IMG/VR virus record: IMGVR_UViG_3300020205_002848
Span: 14,561-78,560 of that record
DNA: 64,000 bases
DNA from: a virus
Direction: 5' to 3' (one strand)
The position numbers and the translations under genes were made by a program. Position 1 is the stretch's first letter, and each line of letters opens with the position of its first letter. Below are positions 59,036-64,000 of this stretch, in pieces. The notes below the pieces were generated by a model that saw only the letters and a program-made list of their open reading frames with translations, searched no databases and was not told the DNA's origin.

Positions 59036-59290
59036 ATGTCAAATAGTAAAGAATCAAATGGTATCGGATTAGCAGGTATACTGTTCATAGTTTTTTTAGT
59101 CTTAAAATTAACAGGTAATATTACTTGGTCTTGGTGGTGGATTACTTCACCGATTTGGATACCAGTCGCTTTATTTGTATCATTTTTTACAATAACTGTA
59201 ATAATCGTCTATATATTTTTAATTATTGGTGGATCCAATGCTAAAATTATAGTAGAAAATTGGAAAGAAAAGCTTAAAATTAAAAAATAA
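59036..59290 (+). CDS. small membrane protein (WSWWW family)
   Basis: VFLVLKLTGNITWSWWWITSPIWIP. Confidence 0.7.
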   Translation: MSNSKESNGIGLAGILFIVFLVLKLTGNITWSWWWITSPIWIPVALFVSFFTITVIIVYIFLIIGGSNAKIIVENWKEKLKIKK

Positions 59291-59354
59291 TCACTATATT
59301 TGTATCAAGGTATTTAATTATACCGAAACAAAAATTAATAAATATTCCTATATA

Positions 59355-59566
59355 AGTTAGTCGCGGCAACTTCTAATGAATAATAGGCCGACTTTTGCCG
59401 AGGTTGAGGGGATAATAAATCTGTTGGTCCCGCAGTAGATGTCAGTATCAATCATATCGATACGGTTGAATTAAAAGGTGTATGATAAATAGGTGGATGA
59501 ACTGTGAATTTTGAAACCATTACGAACCGATTAGTGTCTGATTCACACAGACACAATCGGTTTTTT
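59355..59566 (+). ncRNA. candidate structured ncRNA with three tandem pseudoknots
   Basis: GC-elevated intergenic block without a long ORF, between promoter-like motifs and a terminator; pairings listed in findings. Confidence 0.55.
59525..59566 (+). terminator. intrinsic terminator
   Basis: AACCGATT-A-GTGTCTG/CAGACAC-AATCGGTT followed by T-run. Confidence 0.8.
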
Positions 59567-59624
59567 CATTTTATATCTTCAACATGTGTAACTCCTTTAG
59601 CAGGCGATAAATCTCTCATATCAG

Positions 59625-59816
59625 TTACTTAGTTGGGTCTCCTTTTTTTCTCTTTTCTTTCTTAAATGTAAAACCTATATCACCAGAGCCTTCGGTTCCG
59701 GTTGTTCCTGCTAATGCTCCTGGTTGAGCAGCAGAAACCGCACCCATACCTGATGTTGTAGAAGCGTTACATGTTGCATCTTCTTTAAATAATCTATATG
59801 ATTTTAAAAATCTCAT
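59625..59816 (-). CDS. small putative internal head protein, possibly frameshifted near the 3' end
   Basis: MRFLKSYRLFKED; the -1 frame continues VTDMRDLSPAKG... Confidence 0.6.
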   Translation of the reverse strand: MRFLKSYRLFKEDATCNASTTSGMGAVSAAQPGALAGTTGTEGSGDIGFTFKKEKRKKGDPTK

Positions 59817-59860
59817 AAGGTATATATTAAACTTTATTATTATTTTTAATAAATAAATTG

Positions 59861-60085
59861 ATGAGTAATAAAATAGATTTGCATGGTATAAAACACGAAG
59901 ATGTCAGAAGGTCATTGGATAGATTCTTCTGGGAGAAAATGCAAAATAATCACAGTGAAGTTGAAATAGTTACGGGTATAAGTATAAAAATGAAAGAAAT
60001 AGTTAAAGGTATTTCAAATGAATATAATTTTAGAGTGGAAGAAATTATATTAAACCCTGGTATATTAATTGTTTATATTAAATAA
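59861..60085 (+). CDS. Smr-domain protein
   Basis: KIDLHGIKH...EIVTG...NPG. Confidence 0.8.
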   Translation: MSNKIDLHGIKHEDVRRSLDRFFWEKMQNNHSEVEIVTGISIKMKEIVKGISNEYNFRVEEIILNPGILIVYIK

Positions 60086-60367
60086 TTATAAATATTTAAC
60101 AACATCTGGTCCTGGTTTTTGAACATTAACCGCCATATATCCATCCTTTCCTCTTTGATTCAAATCTAAATCATCTATTATTGTCTTAGAGAATTCTAAA
60201 GGGGTTATATCATTTTCAATTTGTGAATCTATATCATATTTGCTAATCAATTCCCTTATATAAACAGCGGTTAAATTAAACTGTGATAATATAGTGGTTA
60301 GTTCTTGAACAAACTCTTCTAAACAATAGACAGATTCAAATAATTTATAAGATTTAATATAATTCAT
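60086..60367 (-). CDS. hypothetical putative internal head protein
   Basis: MNYIKSYKLFES. Confidence 0.65.
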   Translation of the reverse strand: MNYIKSYKLFESVYCLEEFVQELTTILSQFNLTAVYIRELISKYDIDSQIENDITPLEFSKTIIDDLDLNQRGKDGYMAVNVQKPGPDVVKYL

Positions 60368-60394
60368 AAACTATATATAAAAAAGAGAGAGTGG

Positions 60395-60643
60395 TTAAAA
60401 ATCACTCTCCTTTCTCTTCTCCATTACCTTTGAGATATTTATAAAATTCATCTTAAGAGAATCCTTTAATAAAATAATAACCATTAAGATTATCGCAAGC
60501 GGTGGCATTATAAAGATGCTCCTAAGTGATCTAGTCCAAAATTTATTTTCGAAAAGACCATTACGTATTAACTCAGTTAATACTTGAAGATTTAAAGTGT
60601 AAATTAAGTACACAATGACGTAGAAAAAAAATTGATTTACCAT
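60395..60643 (-). CDS. small membrane protein
   Basis: two hydrophobic segments. Confidence 0.55.
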   Translation of the reverse strand: MVNQFFFYVIVYLIYTLNLQVLTELIRNGLFENKFWTRSLRSIFIMPPLAIILMVIILLKDSLKMNFINISKVMEKRKESDF

Positions 60644-60775
60644 AATTAAAATATTTGTTTAATAAAGATAGTATATTAAATTGAATAAGTTTTTATAATG
60701 TTGATAACTAGTAGTATTGTTAATAAGTAAAACGCCTTTTGATTTTTAATATATAATAAAAACTTTTATAAAAAA

Positions 60776-62296
60776 ATGATTAGAAAATATTTCGACTTTG
60801 TTAATGAGTCTCTAGAATTGATATTAGAGTCTGATGTTGTATTCTCGAAAAAATTCAGATTAGCTCTTTCTAAAATGGAAAATCCATTGGCTAAATCTAT
60901 TTTAAGTATTGAGAATGAGGATCTACCAGTTGCGTCAAATTATTTTGATATTTCTAAAGATAAAAATGATACATTAAGTTTCATACCGGATAGAAAGGCT
61001 AAAGAAATTTTAGGAGACACTAAAGAAAATGTTAGATTTATTGGATCAGGAGGTGGTTGGTTAAGACACTCTGAATCAAATGCTAATATATTTAAAGATT
61101 TAGGTTATGAACCAGAGGGTTCTGCTTATCAACCAAACTCTTCTGAAGTTGGTGAAGTAGTTTCTAAAGTTACTGGAAAATCATCTGGTAAAATTTGGGT
61201 CTATGTCAAATTTCCAAATGGTAAAGGGGTTTTTAATCAAGATAAACTACAAGCATTTGACCAAAGACAAAATGAAGTTTGGTCTAAAAATAGACAAGAG
61301 GTTAAAATCGGTAGAGCTATAAGAGCTTTGTTAAAAACTGCTGGTGTTGAAGCTTTAGATAAAGATATAGAAGTTTTTGTAAATCAATATAAAGCAACAA
61401 TCGATAAAATGAATGATATATTCCAATATTTTGATGTTGTTGATGGTGAAGAAATTGGGAATTGGTATCATTATAATACTTATTATAACAGAAGTGGCAC
61501 ATTGGGATCATCTTGTATGTCAAATGTTAGTACAAGATATTTTGATATTTATATTACCAATAAAGATGTTTGTAAATTGGTTATACTTAAATCAACTGAA
61601 GATGATAGTAAAATTGTGGCTAGGGCTCTTCTCTGGAAATTAAGAAATGGTAAACAGTTCATGGATAGAATCTATACTATAAATGATTCCGATGTAAATC
61701 TATTTAGAGACTATGCAAAAGAAAATGGATGGTATTCTAAATATTACAATAGTAGTTCTGATAATTCACAAGCTTATGCACCTGATGGATCAACTATTCA
61801 ATTAGACCTTATAGTTGATATTAGAAAAGGTGATTATAATGGGTATCCATATTTAGACACAGTTAAATATTTTAATCCAAATTTTGGCACACTTTCTAAT
61901 GAAAAGGACGATGATGATTATACATTGGAAAATACTGATGGTACAGCACAAGGCGAATGTTCTACTTGTGATGGTCATGGTAGAGTAGATTGTTATGAAT
62001 GTGATGGGTCAGGGAGAGTAGAATGTAATGAATGTGATGGAAACGGTGACGCAGAATGTAACGATTGTGAAGGTAGTGGTAATGAAGAATGTTCTACTTG
62101 TGATGGTGGGGGATCAACAACCGATGATGAAGGTAATGAAGTTAATTGTAAAGACTGTGATGGTGATGGTAAAAATGATTGTGGAAATTGCGATGGTCAT
62201 GGTAGAGTAAATTGTGGTAAATGTGATGGTGATTGTGATCAAGAATGTTATAACTGTGATGGTGAAGGTAGAGTAGATTGTAGAGAATGTAATTAA
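60776..62296 (+). CDS. GSCM/ARALLW family protein with extended DnaJ-type CxxCxGxG zinc-finger array
   Basis: LGSSCM, ARALLW, FMDRIY, YPYLDT; 10 CxxC units. Confidence 0.8.
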   Translation: MIRKYFDFVNESLELILESDVVFSKKFRLALSKMENPLAKSILSIENEDLPVASNYFDISKDKNDTLSFIPDRKAKEILGDTKENVRFIGSGGGWLRHSESNANIFKDLGYEPEGSAYQPNSSEVGEVVSKVTGKSSGKIWVYVKFPNGKGVFNQDKLQAFDQRQNEVWSKNRQEVKIGRAIRALLKTAGVEALDKDIEVFVNQYKATIDKMNDIFQYFDVVDGEEIGNWYHYNTYYNRSGTLGSSCMSNVSTRYFDIYITNKDVCKLVILKSTEDDSKIVARALLWKLRNGKQFMDRIYTINDSDVNLFRDYAKENGWYSKYYNSSSDNSQAYAPDGSTIQLDLIVDIRKGDYNGYPYLDTVKYFNPNFGTLSNEKDDDDYTLENTDGTAQGECSTCDGHGRVDCYECDGSGRVECNECDGNGDAECNDCEGSGNEECSTCDGGGSTTDDEGNEVNCKDCDGDGKNDCGNCDGHGRVNCGKCDGDCDQECYNCDGEGRVDCRECN

Positions 62297-62301
62297 TAGA
62301 G

Positions 62302-63015
62302 ATGATAATAACTAAATTTAAACTATTTGAAGCGAAGTCAAAAGAGACTAAAAAGATAGAAGAGGTTGAGATATCACCCGATGTGAAAAAAGAAATTAAA
62401 AGATTTGATACAAAGTGGGGAATTGAATTAGACTCGACTTTTACTCTGACTGAAATTGATGTAATATCAGAAGGTCTATCCTATTATAATACTAAGTTTA
62501 TAAAGAATAGAATTGATAATATAGTTAGAGAAGATTTGGGGTCGGTTCATGGTAGATGGAAAGACACACCAAAGAAAAAACAAATGACTCTTAACCCTAA
62601 AATTTTCAAGTTTAAAAGAAAATGGAAAGAAGGTAAAACTGAAATACCATATGCTGTATTTGTTATAGTACATGAAACAGCTCACTGTGTTGACCATATT
62701 GAAAAGGTATCCTTCTCTAAAAAATGGCAAGCTATCTCTGGTTGGAAGAAATGTGATATAAATGAAAAAGTACCAGAGGGTTATATTAGATATGTTGAAA
62801 AAAGAAGTGGTAGAGAAATAGCTGGTCATAAAAGATCAAATTGGATACACAAAGAAGATGCTGACTTCTGTAGAAAATATACATCTAGAAATCCAAGAGA
62901 AGAATTTGCTGACTCTTTAGCATTTGTTATTTTAGATCTTGAAGAAAAAATGGATGGACCTGGATGTCAAAAAAAGCTAATAATAATAAAGGATTTACTT
63001 AAAAAGATAGATTAA
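62302..63015 (+). CDS. zincin-like metallopeptidase
   Basis: VHETAH...YTSRNPREEFADS. Confidence 0.75.
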   Translation: MIITKFKLFEAKSKETKKIEEVEISPDVKKEIKRFDTKWGIELDSTFTLTEIDVISEGLSYYNTKFIKNRIDNIVREDLGSVHGRWKDTPKKKQMTLNPKIFKFKRKWKEGKTEIPYAVFVIVHETAHCVDHIEKVSFSKKWQAISGWKKCDINEKVPEGYIRYVEKRSGREIAGHKRSNWIHKEDADFCRKYTSRNPREEFADSLAFVILDLEEKMDGPGCQKKLIIIKDLLKKID

Positions 63016-63069
63016 TTTAAAATTAATAACATTTACACTTTTATATATACTTAAAAATTAATTAAGCAT

Positions 63070-63801
63070 ATGTTATTAAAAAATGGTTCTAAAGGAGGAG
63101 ACGTAAAGAAACTCCAAGAAAAGTTAGGATTAACTGCTGATGGTTCATTTGGACCTGGTACTGAAAAAGCAGTTAAAGAATGGCAATCAAAAAATGGATT
63201 GACTGTTGATGGTATAATAACCTCAGCTAATAAAAGTTGGCCAATGATGTTTGACTCAAAACCACAACCAGAGGTAATTGTCTCTTCAGAAGGTTTGAGT
63301 TTGGAAAAACTTAAAGGTCATGTCCCATCTAATGTACTTTCTCAAATTCCAGAAACTGCTAAGAAATTTGGAATAACTAATAATTTAAGACTTGCTCACT
63401 TTCTTTCACAATGTGCACATGAAAGTGGTAATTTTAAATGGGTTGTTGAATTCGCTTCTGGTAAAGCATATGAAGGTCGTAAGGATTTAGGAAATACAGA
63501 AACAGGAGATGGAGTTCGTTTCAAGGGAAGAGGATATATCCAGCTTACCGGTAGGTCTAATTATTCTAAATTCTCTAAATTCTGTGGAGAAGACTGTGTG
63601 TCAAATCCAGATTTAGTTTCTAATAAATATCCAATGATGTCAGCCGCTTATTTTTTCAATTCAATTAAATTGTGGGAAACTTGTGATAAAGGTTCTTCTG
63701 ATGAGGTCGTTAAATTGGTTACCAAAAGAGTTAACGGTGGTTATAATGGTTTAGAAGATCGTCAGAAGAAATTTGATGAATTTTGGAAATTGTTAAATTA
63801 A
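63070..63801 (+). CDS. endolysin: peptidoglycan-binding domain plus GH19
   Basis: LQEKLGLTADGSFGPGT; FLSQCAHESG, KGRGYIQLTG, VNGGYNGLEDR. Confidence 0.92.
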   Translation: MLLKNGSKGGDVKKLQEKLGLTADGSFGPGTEKAVKEWQSKNGLTVDGIITSANKSWPMMFDSKPQPEVIVSSEGLSLEKLKGHVPSNVLSQIPETAKKFGITNNLRLAHFLSQCAHESGNFKWVVEFASGKAYEGRKDLGNTETGDGVRFKGRGYIQLTGRSNYSKFSKFCGEDCVSNPDLVSNKYPMMSAAYFFNSIKLWETCDKGSSDEVVKLVTKRVNGGYNGLEDRQKKFDEFWKLLN

Positions 63802-64000
63802 ACACTCAAAACCACTATTTTATTATAAAATAGCAGATTATTGTATAAAATATCTATAAAAAGTATTAAAAATTTCTATTTTTAATACTTTTTTTTGTAA
63901 ATTTGACTATGTTAAAATTATTTTCATATGGTTCTTTGTATAATAAAGATGTTCAATTAAAAGAATTTGGGCAAGAATTTATTGTTGAAGACTATTTAGA

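Noticed and set aside
310-62829. Many short ORFs antisense to or nested in longer genes (e.g. 310..510, 10303..10734, 28142..28468, 44527..44937, 62476..62829)
   Set aside because: Shadow ORFs with no motifs, promoters or typical codon pattern

Overview
AT-rich segment of a large T4-like (jumbo) myophage genome. The host is probably Bacteroidota, based on TAnnTTTG promoters, A-rich translation starts without Shine-Dalgarno sites, and DUF6576/DUF481-like genes. The window contains replication and recombination genes (C-terminal half of a family B DNA polymerase, primase, sliding clamp-like, UvsW, UvsY-like), a baseplate/tail block rich in peptidoglycan hydrolases, auxiliary genes (PPK2, ClpP, SlyD, MTase, NT5C, Nudix), homing endonucleases and two tRNAs. 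Main discovery: two core genes are interrupted inside catalytic motifs by short, stop-containing, frame-breaking inserts. These are 41 nt in polymerase motif B (QLAL^KLVLNGSYG) and 7 nt in UvsW motif V (VASY^GTLSTG). Each insert follows a long 5' stem-loop that ends at the take-off codon, and both share TCGC(C)TCTT...GAG(G)AC, suggesting a new family of T4 gene 60-like programmed ribosomal bypass elements. UvsW is also split at a degenerate, catalytically empty intein-like module. Other signals: about 23 late-promoter genes share an N-terminal capsid-targeting-like peptide, about 9 other proteins share an R[DE]xKIxxIL tag, there are three promoter classes, and a candidate ncRNA forms three tandem pseudoknots. 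All family assignments are from motif recognition by eye, not database searches.
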